Positions 43,378 to 52,015 of a stretch of 64,000 nt of DNA are shown piece by piece. Numbering within the stretch: position 1 is the first letter of the stretch; each line of letters starts with the position of its first letter. This stretch comes from Verrucomicrobiales bacterium (GTDB taxonomy: Bacteria > Verrucomicrobiota > Verrucomicrobiia > Verrucomicrobiales > V1-33): assembly GCA_031411295.1 (NCBI GenBank), contig JANOAV010000057.1, forward strand, positions 1-64,000, read 5' to 3'. The notes beneath the pieces are model-generated. The model had not been told where the DNA came from, searched no databases, and worked only from the letters and a program-made list of their open reading frames with translations. Both the position numbers and the translations under genes were made by a program.

Positions 43378-46356
43378 ATGGAAACCAACTGCCAACAGTG
43401 CGGCCAGGCCCTCATAGCGGGTCCAGGAGAATCCATGTTCTGCGCCAGTTGCGCCATGAACGACTTCCTGAACGAAGCCGCGGACGTGCCCACCCTCGTT
43501 GCCAGCGCCCCAGTCTCCGCCAAAGGCCGGGCCGTCATCGAAGGCCACGAACTTATCGAAGAACTCGCCCGCGGCGGCATGGGTGTCGTTTACAAAGCCC
43601 GTCAACTCAGCCCGCGGCGGGATGTCGCCCTCAAAATGCTCCTGCCCGTGGGGGACAAGCTGGACGAATTCCGGGAACGCTTCAGATTAGAAGCCCGCGC
43701 CCTGGCCGAGTTGGACCACCCGAGTATTCTGCCACTCTACGTGGCCGGAGAGCATGAAGGCATGCCCTTCTTCACCATGAAACTGGCCCTCGGCGGTTCC
43801 CTGGCGCAATTACTCAAGGCCGGCAAGAAGCTCGATTTCAAGACCATCGCCAACCTCATCGCCACCTTGGGGGAAGCCGTCTTTTACGCCAACCAGCGCG
43901 GCATCCTCCATCGGGACATCAAACCCGGCAACATCCTCTTCGACGAAAACCAGCAACCCTTCCTGGCCGACTTCGGACTCGCCAAATTAATCGGCGGAGA
44001 TCCCGCCAACACCATGTCCATGGCCGCCATGGGCACCCCCTGCTACATGGCCCCGGAAGTCGCCACCCACGGAGCCAAATCCGCCACCGCCAGCAGCGAC
44101 GTTTACGGCCTCGGAGCCGTCCTCTACGAACTCCTGGCCGGCAAGCCCCCCTTCCAAGTCGAAGGCCTCGGAGCCATCCTCAAAAAAGTAGCCGAAGAAG
44201 CCCCCGAAGCCCCCTCCACCCTCGCCAAAGGCGTCCCACGCGACCTCGAAGTCATCTGCCTAACCTGCCTCGCCAAAGACCCCAAAAAGCGCTACAGCAC
44301 CGCCCAAGCCCTCTCCGAAGACCTCCAACGCTGGCTCCACGGAGAGCCCATCACCGCCCGCCGCGTCGGCCCCGCCGAACGCCTCTGGTCCTGGGCCAAA
44401 CGTCATCCAGGGTTGGCAGGCATGAGCGCTGCGCTGCTGGTGACACTGAGTGCGGGGAGCGCGTGGCTGTGGGTGCAGAACTTGAGACTGGATGCGGCAC
44501 TCGTAAAGGAAAGCCAAGCCAAGCGGGAGGCCCTCCAGAATAATTTGGCATTACAAGACCGAATCGAGTTCCTAACTGGTGATTTTGCGGACTACATGGA
44601 GAGCATAGGAAGGATCGATCTATTGGAGATGGTCTGGAAGGACTTAGACAAAACCTATTCTTTGGGGGCTAACTTGAACGTTGCGGCATCCGGACAACTC
44701 AGGAGAAGCAGGCTGCTCTCCCGATGGAGTCGCGCTCAACAATTACAAGGCGAGTCTCAATCAGCTGTCGAGTTAGCCCAACGAGCCGTGGATGCGGTGG
44801 CCGACGCTTCGACATTGCCAGATTATGACACCCAGCAAGGAATAGAAGCGCTTGGGACAGCAAAGATTGCAATGGCTGAGGCACAAGCCGGACGCGGTGA
44901 TTTTCAGGCGGCTATGCAAACATTGGATTTTCTAAGCCAAAGTCCGTCAAGTGAGCCGATCCCTTTATTGTCAGCCGAGGTTGAACTGGCCAAGACAGCC
45001 ACGATTCTTCGCATTAACTCTAGCAGCGAGATTGGTGAGGAAGCATCGAAGCATGCTGAACTGGCATTGACATCGGCTCAGCAAGCCTTCCAGTCGAACT
45101 CGAAATCAGCAATTTCAATCGAAATACTGGGACGCTCCCTCTTGGCGAAAGCGGAGACAACCCTCGCGAAACTTGGAATGATGGACGCACCAGCGATGGC
45201 AAATTTTGAGACGTTGAGGGCCAATGCACCACTATCATTATACAAAAATGCCGCAGAATTCCTAGCCAATGCGATGAAGGAGACGCCAAAAAACTCTAGC
45301 CTGACACGACACTATAATGATGCAGTAAGTAGTCAGATCTACATCCTAAACCGGATGCCCGGAAGGGAAATGGAGGCTGAGCAATCGTTGCGAGCTAATG
45401 TGGCAAGGCTGAAGTTATTGGCTGACCAAGACCCATTAAACTGGCGCTGGAAACTCGACTTGGCTGATGCTTACTCTGCATCAGCCACATTATTTCGTCG
45501 GAAGGGTGAATTACCCGAGGAATTAAGTAGTCGAACTCAATCCTGTGAGACGGCTAGGCTTGCCCTCGAAGCTGCTCCTGAGGGATATCGCCCCTCCCTA
45601 TTGGTTATCCGGTCGGAGAAAGCACTTGGGGAGTTGCACCTCAAGCAGGGTAATGTGGATGCTGGAAAACGTTCATTCGAGATCTCCCTCCAAACAGCTC
45701 ATGGATTGTTGGCTCGTCACGGACACAAGCTTACCGAGGTTCTTGGCTACAAAAAGGTCATGGAAGAAATGCTCGGTGAGCTTGCCAAGGTTTCCCCTGA
45801 CGCGGGAATTGAACTGTCCCGCCGCGAAATGAGTTGGATTGAGGAATTTGGCGGCACCTCCCCCAGCAGCCCGTGGGTTTACGCCGCAGCAGCTGCGCAA
45901 CGTCGCCTTGCCAGTGCGCACAAAGCACGGGGCGATTTTGCAGAAGCAATGAATTACACCCAGCAAGCCCTGCTTAAACGGGTAGCGCTCCTGCGGCAGA
46001 CTTGGGAACCTGAGCGGCTTGATGGCGATGTCTGGCACGGCTATCAAGAAATGGCGAAATTGCAAGTGCACGAAAACATGATTACAGAAGCCCTGGAAAC
46101 GGCCGAGCAAGCCCTGGCAATACGCAGGGAATTCCCCCACCTAAAGAGCAGCCGCCATCAATGGTGCGCCCCCTTATTGGAAGTGTTGAACAAGGCCCTC
46201 TCAACTGGAGGTCCTACCACCGTGCGGGCTGAAAGTATAGCAGGATTGGCTTACGACCTTCTCTACGGCCCCGATCAGCCAAAAATTGAGAGCGCGGAGG
46301 ACCAACTAGCTGCCGGGATTTTAGAAAAGTCGAGGAAGTTGCCAGCAGAACCATAA
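43378..46356 (+). CDS. Hanks-type Ser/Thr protein kinase with TM helix and helical/TPR-like C-terminal region
   Basis: N-terminal CxxC..CxxC, ARGGMGVVY, VALK, HRDIKPGN, DFGLAK, GTPCYMAPE, DVYGLG. Confidence 0.95.
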   Translation: METNCQQCGQALIAGPGESMFCASCAMNDFLNEAADVPTLVASAPVSAKGRAVIEGHELIEELARGGMGVVYKARQLSPRRDVALKMLLPVGDKLDEFRERFRLEARALAELDHPSILPLYVAGEHEGMPFFTMKLALGGSLAQLLKAGKKLDFKTIANLIATLGEAVFYANQRGILHRDIKPGNILFDENQQPFLADFGLAKLIGGDPANTMSMAAMGTPCYMAPEVATHGAKSATASSDVYGLGAVLYELLAGKPPFQVEGLGAILKKVAEEAPEAPSTLAKGVPRDLEVICLTCLAKDPKKRYSTAQALSEDLQRWLHGEPITARRVGPAERLWSWAKRHPGLAGMSAALLVTLSAGSAWLWVQNLRLDAALVKESQAKREALQNNLALQDRIEFLTGDFADYMESIGRIDLLEMVWKDLDKTYSLGANLNVAASGQLRRSRLLSRWSRAQQLQGESQSAVELAQRAVDAVADASTLPDYDTQQGIEALGTAKIAMAEAQAGRGDFQAAMQTLDFLSQSPSSEPIPLLSAEVELAKTATILRINSSSEIGEEASKHAELALTSAQQAFQSNSKSAISIEILGRSLLAKAETTLAKLGMMDAPAMANFETLRANAPLSLYKNAAEFLANAMKETPKNSSLTRHYNDAVSSQIYILNRMPGREMEAEQSLRANVARLKLLADQDPLNWRWKLDLADAYSASATLFRRKGELPEELSSRTQSCETARLALEAAPEGYRPSLLVIRSEKALGELHLKQGNVDAGKRSFEISLQTAHGLLARHGHKLTEVLGYKKVMEEMLGELAKVSPDAGIELSRREMSWIEEFGGTSPSSPWVYAAAAAQRRLASAHKARGDFAEAMNYTQQALLKRVALLRQTWEPERLDGDVWHGYQEMAKLQVHENMITEALETAEQALAIRREFPHLKSSRHQWCAPLLEVLNKALSTGGPTTVRAESIAGLAYDLLYGPDQPKIESAEDQLAAGILEKSRKLPAEP

Positions 46357-46376
46357 CACTACACCCCAGCCATCTC

Positions 46377-47564
46377 GTGAATCAATCCTTTCCTTTCCAC
46401 CAACAAGACTGCGCTAATACCTGCGGCCCCGCCTGCGTAATGATGGCGCTGGAGGCGTTAGGTGCTGCGACCACGAGGACGCAACAGGAACTATTGTTGA
46501 GCACTGGGGTGACCACAGATGCCAACGGGAATTGGTCAAGTGCACCCGACGGGATCGGACGCACCATGAATTCTCTGTTAGGGACCAGTGCCATCGGCTA
46601 TGAAGTAAAAGCCTATAGGTTCGACGATCTAAACTCCCTTGAGCTAGTCCATGAAATCGTTGAGAGGACTACAGAGGCGATGCAGGCAACCAATGCCCCT
46701 GCTTTTATCCTAGTGGATGACACATCGCACTGGATTTTGCTGGAGGCAGCTAGGTGGGACGGCGCGTGGGAGTTATTCACCTCCGATCCTTTCTCAGGGG
46801 TAGAAGGCTGCTTGAGTCCTCTTCCAACCCATGGAGTTAGCCCGTGCGGCGCGTGCGGTCTGGGGGGGCTCACGCCAGCAACAGAAGAAACCCTGTGGAG
46901 TAAAATGACCGTTGTTTCGCTTGGAGATAATTGGAGAAATCACTATGTGGTAGTAACTCCGGTGCGTCGATCTGCGGGTGCGGGCCTAGGTAAGAAAAGA
47001 ATCGAGTTCATCGCCAAACACCTGCGAGAGAGAATCAACTTGGATATTCCCCTGGCAGCTCCGCAACCTCGCCCTGGACCAATCCTCAGCACCGGAATAT
47101 GGCAGCAGCTACCTCGAAGCCTTCAGTCGGCCCTCTTGGAAGGAAAAATTGAGAAGCGATGGAAAGTTCGTCGCAGCGGAACGGCAGCATTAGGCTATGA
47201 AATTGTCCAACTCGCCTCCTCCAAACTTGGGGACACCTACGCGCTGGCGATTGTTGAAGAGGGCATGCTGCATGACTTGCGCCTAATTCAAAAAGGGAGC
47301 AAGCTGGAGAAACAACTGCTGCCAGTGGAGGCCAGCAAGGAGGAGTTATTGCAGAAACTCAAGCAGCAGCTTCCTCAAGAGCAAGCAGCTAAGGTATCTC
47401 CAGAGACCGTTGAAATCGCTAACGGATTCGAGTGGCGATCCTCCGCCGCAACACCTTCAAAATTCCGCCCATTTTATTCCCTGCGACTAGCGGATAAAAC
47501 TTACTACCTCACCAAAGAATTTCGCCTACTCACCGAGCTGCCGCCAGGCCGACAAGGTAACTGA
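46377..47564 (+). CDS. Stand-alone C39-like (papain-fold) cysteine peptidase with C-terminal extension
   Basis: QQDCANTCGPACVMMAL (Gln + catalytic Cys), SHWILL (His), SDP (Asp); GTG start; no signal peptide or ABC domain. Confidence 0.78.
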   Translation: MNQSFPFHQQDCANTCGPACVMMALEALGAATTRTQQELLLSTGVTTDANGNWSSAPDGIGRTMNSLLGTSAIGYEVKAYRFDDLNSLELVHEIVERTTEAMQATNAPAFILVDDTSHWILLEAARWDGAWELFTSDPFSGVEGCLSPLPTHGVSPCGACGLGGLTPATEETLWSKMTVVSLGDNWRNHYVVVTPVRRSAGAGLGKKRIEFIAKHLRERINLDIPLAAPQPRPGPILSTGIWQQLPRSLQSALLEGKIEKRWKVRRSGTAALGYEIVQLASSKLGDTYALAIVEEGMLHDLRLIQKGSKLEKQLLPVEASKEELLQKLKQQLPQEQAAKVSPETVEIANGFEWRSSAATPSKFRPFYSLRLADKTYYLTKEFRLLTELPPGRQGN

Positions 47565-47601
47565 ATCTGCTCTGGGCGAACTACGGAATTCACCCGCAAT
47601 T

Positions 47602-47635
47602 AAACAACAAACAACAAACAACCAAAACCAAAATT
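47602..47635 (+). repeat. AAACAAC tandem repeat, G-free translation initiation region
   Basis: (AAACAAC)x3 then CAAAACCAAAATT immediately before ATG 47636. Confidence 0.6.
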
Positions 47636-48334
47636 ATGACAAAATATTATGCAGCAGTTACCGCAACGTTAGACGCGTTGCTTTTGCTGAATCCTATGCC
47701 TACCCTAGACAGGGATCTTGTGAACGTGTGGCTGAATGGAAATGGCACAGCTGCTACGCCTGGTATAAAAAACTTGGTCGCAACGCTGAAGACCAAAATA
47801 GCAGACCTCAAACGGCAAAAGAAAACACTGAAGCGAGCCTATCGGCTAGGGGCTTTGGGCTTGGTGCAGCGGCTTGCGAATATCTCGCCCGTCAGCGGAG
47901 CCAGATGCAATGCGCTTGACTTACTGTTGGCCAACTCCACGTGGACGGGTGCCCCTATGGCTGGGCGCGATTCACTCGAGTTTTATTCTGGCGGGGGCGC
48001 ACCGCCAGTGAATTATTTGGAACTCAAAAACTATTTTGATAAATTAGAAGACGCACGCAAGGCTGCCGTTGAGGTTATTACTCACCTCAGAGGAGATACG
48101 GCTCTGAACCAAACCAATCCAGGTGAGTTGGCTGATGCGCTGGACAGGATTCTCAACGGCCCCACGGCCATCAATTCTGACCTGCGCGACGAAATGAAGG
48201 ACCTTATTGTTGCCATGAAACACCATATGGCAGTCAAAGGGCAATTCGGTGGCGGAAATGGCGAAAACTCGTCCTATTGGCCCAGTTCCTTCATCGCGAG
48301 TAGCAGCTCCAGCAGCACGCCGCCGCCTCCGTGA
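47636..48334 (+). CDS. Hypothetical helical protein ending in GGG + Ser-rich tail
   Basis: 232 aa; C-terminus KGQFGGG-NGENSSYWPSSFIASSSSSSTPPPP. Confidence 0.8.
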   Translation: MTKYYAAVTATLDALLLLNPMPTLDRDLVNVWLNGNGTAATPGIKNLVATLKTKIADLKRQKKTLKRAYRLGALGLVQRLANISPVSGARCNALDLLLANSTWTGAPMAGRDSLEFYSGGGAPPVNYLELKNYFDKLEDARKAAVEVITHLRGDTALNQTNPGELADALDRILNGPTAINSDLRDEMKDLIVAMKHHMAVKGQFGGGNGENSSYWPSSFIASSSSSSTPPPP

Positions 48335-48361
48335 CTAAGACGGCCGGCATTGGCGTGCCGC

Positions 48362-49471
48362 TCATTTTCCAAACACCGCCCGCCACCACATGCGGTGCTC
48401 TTTGGCATTACACAAGTGTTCCACGGCCCAGTTTCTGGTGCCGTGGGACATTTGTTTTAGGAGCGCGCGGTCTTGTTGGAGGGCTCGGGCGTAGTGGCCG
48501 TAGTCGGCGTTGGTGTTGCAGAGGTAGCCGGAGACTTCGTGTTGCACGAGGTTTTCGAGATGGTGGCCGTTGCCTCTGGGGAGGATGGGGACGGCTCCGG
48601 TGAGCATGGCTTCGACCACGGCTCGGCCCCAGCTTTCTTTGAACCGGGGGCTGGTGTTATAGACGAGGAGGTCCAGGCTGTGCAGGAAGTCCACGGTGGG
48701 AATGCTGGCGGGTTCCAGGAGTTCCCAGCGGCTGTCGAATTCGTGGTGGCTCCAGCGGCTGGTGAGGTCCTCGCTCCAGGCCATGACGCGAAATTTCACG
48801 GGGTCGGTGAGTCCCAGACGCTCGTAGAATTTAGGGAAGTCATCGGGAAATTTACTGGGGTCCGGGCGGGAGAGTCGGCCGATGGTGAACGGTCGGTTTT
48901 CCGACTGCCAATGACCCCGCTCACGGAAGGGAAAGAGCGCAGGATCAATGTAATTTCCTGTCATTACCCAAGGCAGCGTGTTGTCCCCCACTTGCATGAC
49001 TCCGGACCAATCGGTGGATGATGCGATCGCTGGTTCCGGGGAGATTTCTCCTCCCAGCATTTTGACATAACCGGGTTCCAGTTCCCGGCGTTGGGCGGGG
49101 GAAACGTAGAGCACCTTATCGATCAGACCGCTTTGCACGGCGGCGGCTTCGCCCTTGAAGTGCCACATCATTTCGCTGCTCCAGGCGATCTTCAGGCCGC
49201 GTCGCTTCATTTCAGCGGCCATGCCGTTGTCGAGGAAGGGGCCATTGCACAGTGCAATCGCCCAGCCTTCGAGTTGTTCCGGTAGCTCGGACATCAGCTT
49301 GATGTCCACGCCGAGCGCCCGCACTTCGGCGGTCCAAGGGGTGTCCAGATACCGTGCTTCATTGGGGATCACAGTGATCTCATACTCGGTGTGCAGGAGG
49401 CGCAGGAGATGAGAAAACTTCGTGTCCGCGCCCCCGATGGCAGACGGCCAGTTGAACCAGTAAATGTGCAT
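48362..49471 (-). CDS. GT-B (GT4-like) glycosyltransferase
   Basis: IGGADTK, IGRLSRPDPSK, ESWGRAVVEAMLTG, HEVSGYL. Confidence 0.88.
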   Translation of the reverse strand: MHIYWFNWPSAIGGADTKFSHLLRLLHTEYEITVIPNEARYLDTPWTAEVRALGVDIKLMSELPEQLEGWAIALCNGPFLDNGMAAEMKRRGLKIAWSSEMMWHFKGEAAAVQSGLIDKVLYVSPAQRRELEPGYVKMLGGEISPEPAIASSTDWSGVMQVGDNTLPWVMTGNYIDPALFPFRERGHWQSENRPFTIGRLSRPDPSKFPDDFPKFYERLGLTDPVKFRVMAWSEDLTSRWSHHEFDSRWELLEPASIPTVDFLHSLDLLVYNTSPRFKESWGRAVVEAMLTGAVPILPRGNGHHLENLVQHEVSGYLCNTNADYGHYARALQQDRALLKQMSHGTRNWAVEHLCNAKEHRMWWRAVFGK

Positions 49472-49578
49472 TGAGCAGTGGTATAGCAGGTTGCTGAGAG
49501 GGTGCAATCGTAAGCGTCGGACGATGGTTTTCACGGCCATTTCCCGGCATTGCGCCTCAAAATCCCTTTGTCAGGTGA

Positions 49579-49602
49579 CGGCGGCGGGACGCACGCCGCT
49601 CC
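49579..49602 (-). repeat. REP-like unit, exact reverse complement of 41602-41625
   Basis: CGGCGGCGGGACGCACGCCGCTCC, 24/24 match. Confidence 0.75.
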
Positions 49603-49707
49603 CAGTGGGGGGCAATTATGCTTCAAACTTCCACAAACTAAGAATTATTTGCGACTCCTGCCATTTCGCTTTTGTAATTTCCAAAATTGGTCATAAACTT
49701 CGCACCC

Positions 49708-50697
49708 ATGTTTAAAAATGCTCGATATCGCGATAAAAAAGTCTGCGTCGTTACTGGCGGTGCAGGATTCCTCGGCTCCCATCTCACTGACCGATTGCTC
49801 AAGGAGGGCTATCGAGTCATTGGGATCGATAATTTGCTGACTGGGTCCACGCGCAACATCGAGCATCTGGCTGGCAACGAGAATTATCATTTCATCCACC
49901 ACGACGTCTCCAACTACATCTTCGTGGAAGGCCGGGTGGACTTCGTGTTCCACTTCGCCTCCCCAGCCAGCCCCATCGATTACCTGGAACTGCCGATCCA
50001 GACCCTGAAAGTCGGTTCCCTGGGCACCCACAATGCCCTGGGCCTGGCCAAGGCCAAGGGAGCTACTTTCCTGCTGGCCTCCACCTCCGAGGTCTATGGC
50101 GATCCGCTAATCCATCCCCAGAAGGAAGACTACTGGGGCAACGTCAACCCGGTGGGCCCACGCGGCGTCTATGATGAAGCCAAGCGCTTTGCCGAAGCCA
50201 TCACCATGGCCTATCATACTTACCATCGGCTCGACACCAAGATCGTCCGCATCTTCAACACCTATGGTCCCCGCATGCGCTTGGAAGACGGTCGCGTGGT
50301 CCCTGCCTTCTGCGGCCAGGCCCTCAAAGGTGAGCCGCTTACCATCCAAGGCGATGGTTCCCAAACCCGCAGTTTCACCTACGTGAGCGACCTCATCGAC
50401 GGCATCTTCCGCTTGGCCCACAGCGAAGAGCATCAGCCTACCAACGTTGGCAACCCGCGGGAAATGAGCATCAAACAATTTGCGGATGCCGTCCTCAACA
50501 TCATCGACTCCCCCGCTGGGATTGCCTATCGCCCACTGCCAGCAGACGATCCCAAAGTGCGCCAACCGGACATCGAGAAAGCCAAACGCGTCCTCGGGTG
50601 GGAACCCAAAGTTCCGTTTGAAGAAGGCATCCTTCCGACCATCGCCTACTTCATCAGCGTCCTGGGAGAAGAGGCCAAATGCAAGCTCAAGTCCTAA
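49708..50697 (+). CDS. UDP-glucuronate decarboxylase (UDP-xylose synthase) family SDR
   Basis: [57 protein letters not shown]. Confidence 0.93.
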   Translation: MFKNARYRDKKVCVVTGGAGFLGSHLTDRLLKEGYRVIGIDNLLTGSTRNIEHLAGNENYHFIHHDVSNYIFVEGRVDFVFHFASPASPIDYLELPIQTLKVGSLGTHNALGLAKAKGATFLLASTSEVYGDPLIHPQKEDYWGNVNPVGPRGVYDEAKRFAEAITMAYHTYHRLDTKIVRIFNTYGPRMRLEDGRVVPAFCGQALKGEPLTIQGDGSQTRSFTYVSDLIDGIFRLAHSEEHQPTNVGNPREMSIKQFADAVLNIIDSPAGIAYRPLPADDPKVRQPDIEKAKRVLGWEPKVPFEEGILPTIAYFISVLGEEAKCKLKS

Positions 50698-50739
50698 CTC
50701 TCTAACCGGAGGGTGGCCTTCCGTCCACCAGTGCCCCGG

Positions 50740-51852
50740 CTACTTCATCTCCATCTTCGCGCCCGGCCGAATCAACGTCGGCAGGCGCACCGCATCCCAG
50801 TTGGCCAACCGCACACAGCCGTGACTCTCGCTACGACCGATCGTGTCGGGTGAACTGGTGCCGTGCAGGCCAATGCCCGACTTGTTGGTGCCAGCCCAGA
50901 GAATCCCCACGGGATTATTTGGACCGGGGGGCAGTTGATAGAATTGCTCACTGCGTTTGCCTTCATTGAGCATGGATTTATCCCACCGGAACTCAGGCGT
51001 GGTGATCATCGTCTGCACCACCCAATTCCCCACATGGATAAATTTCTTCTGCCCCGGCGTAATGGGGAAGCTGGCGAACAACCGATCCTTCTCGTCATAA
51101 AACGTGGCCACCCGTTCCTTCGTGTCCACCACTACCCGATGCGCGCTCAGCAGTGGGTCCTCTGGAAATTTCTGGCTGTAAGGGACATGCTCAATACAAA
51201 AAGGCGACTTAACATTCGGCACCACGACCAAGTCCCCGGGCTTCAATTTGGAGAAATTAACGTTCGGATTCAGCCGCTCCAGACAGACTTGGCTGGTGTG
51301 AAATTTCTCCCCGACAAACTCTTTGATATCCTTATAGCCCAGATATTTATACTGCGCCTGATCCTCCGGCTTGGCCGGAAGGCTGGGGACCAGAAACCGA
51401 AAGTCATTCTCCCGCAGCCGATAAGTGGCGTAGGTGCTCGTCACCATCCTCCGCGCAGACTGCACAATGACGAACCAATTATCCTTCGGCAGTTTGTTCA
51501 CCTGATTGTAAATCTGCCCGGCCTTCAGCGTGAACTCTCCCATCTCTCCATCAATTTTGCCCGGTCCGAAATTGTTCTCATCCAGAAAAATCTGCACCCG
51601 CGTAATCCCCTCCACGTCCTTGCCGGAAGGAGCGGGGGTAAATTTAGCATCGTCTCTCATTACGCCCAGGCCGGGCGATTTTTCCGTTCCTCCAGTCGGC
51701 TCGGACGCATCCTCTGGAATCACCCGAGCCACCGGAGGCTTTACCACGTGGGAGACCGCAGGCACCACTTTCGGGGCCCCATCCTGCGCAAATATAGTCC
51801 CCCACCCGAGGAAACAAGCTGTGATAAGAGGATATTGGATTCTGGTCGACAT
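50740..51852 (-). CDS. L,D-transpeptidase (YkuD) with peptidoglycan-binding domains
   Basis: PGPNNPVG, IGLHGT, SHGCVRL; FGPGKIDG PG-binding motif; LysM-like segment. Confidence 0.92.
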   Translation of the reverse strand: MSTRIQYPLITACFLGWGTIFAQDGAPKVVPAVSHVVKPPVARVIPEDASEPTGGTEKSPGLGVMRDDAKFTPAPSGKDVEGITRVQIFLDENNFGPGKIDGEMGEFTLKAGQIYNQVNKLPKDNWFVIVQSARRMVTSTYATYRLRENDFRFLVPSLPAKPEDQAQYKYLGYKDIKEFVGEKFHTSQVCLERLNPNVNFSKLKPGDLVVVPNVKSPFCIEHVPYSQKFPEDPLLSAHRVVVDTKERVATFYDEKDRLFASFPITPGQKKFIHVGNWVVQTMITTPEFRWDKSMLNEGKRSEQFYQLPPGPNNPVGILWAGTNKSGIGLHGTSSPDTIGRSESHGCVRLANWDAVRLPTLIRPGAKMEMK

Positions 51853-52015
51853 GAACCTTAATTATTAATCATAATTAGCAAAGGTCAACGCCAAGGAGGG
51901 TGGACATTCCATCCCTCTGCGCGATTCACACGCTGGTGGTGTTTGGGCATGAGCAGATTACCGACCGGGACGGTCGTGCTGCGTCGATGCTGTGTGCATT
52001 CTACCAGGGGAGAAC

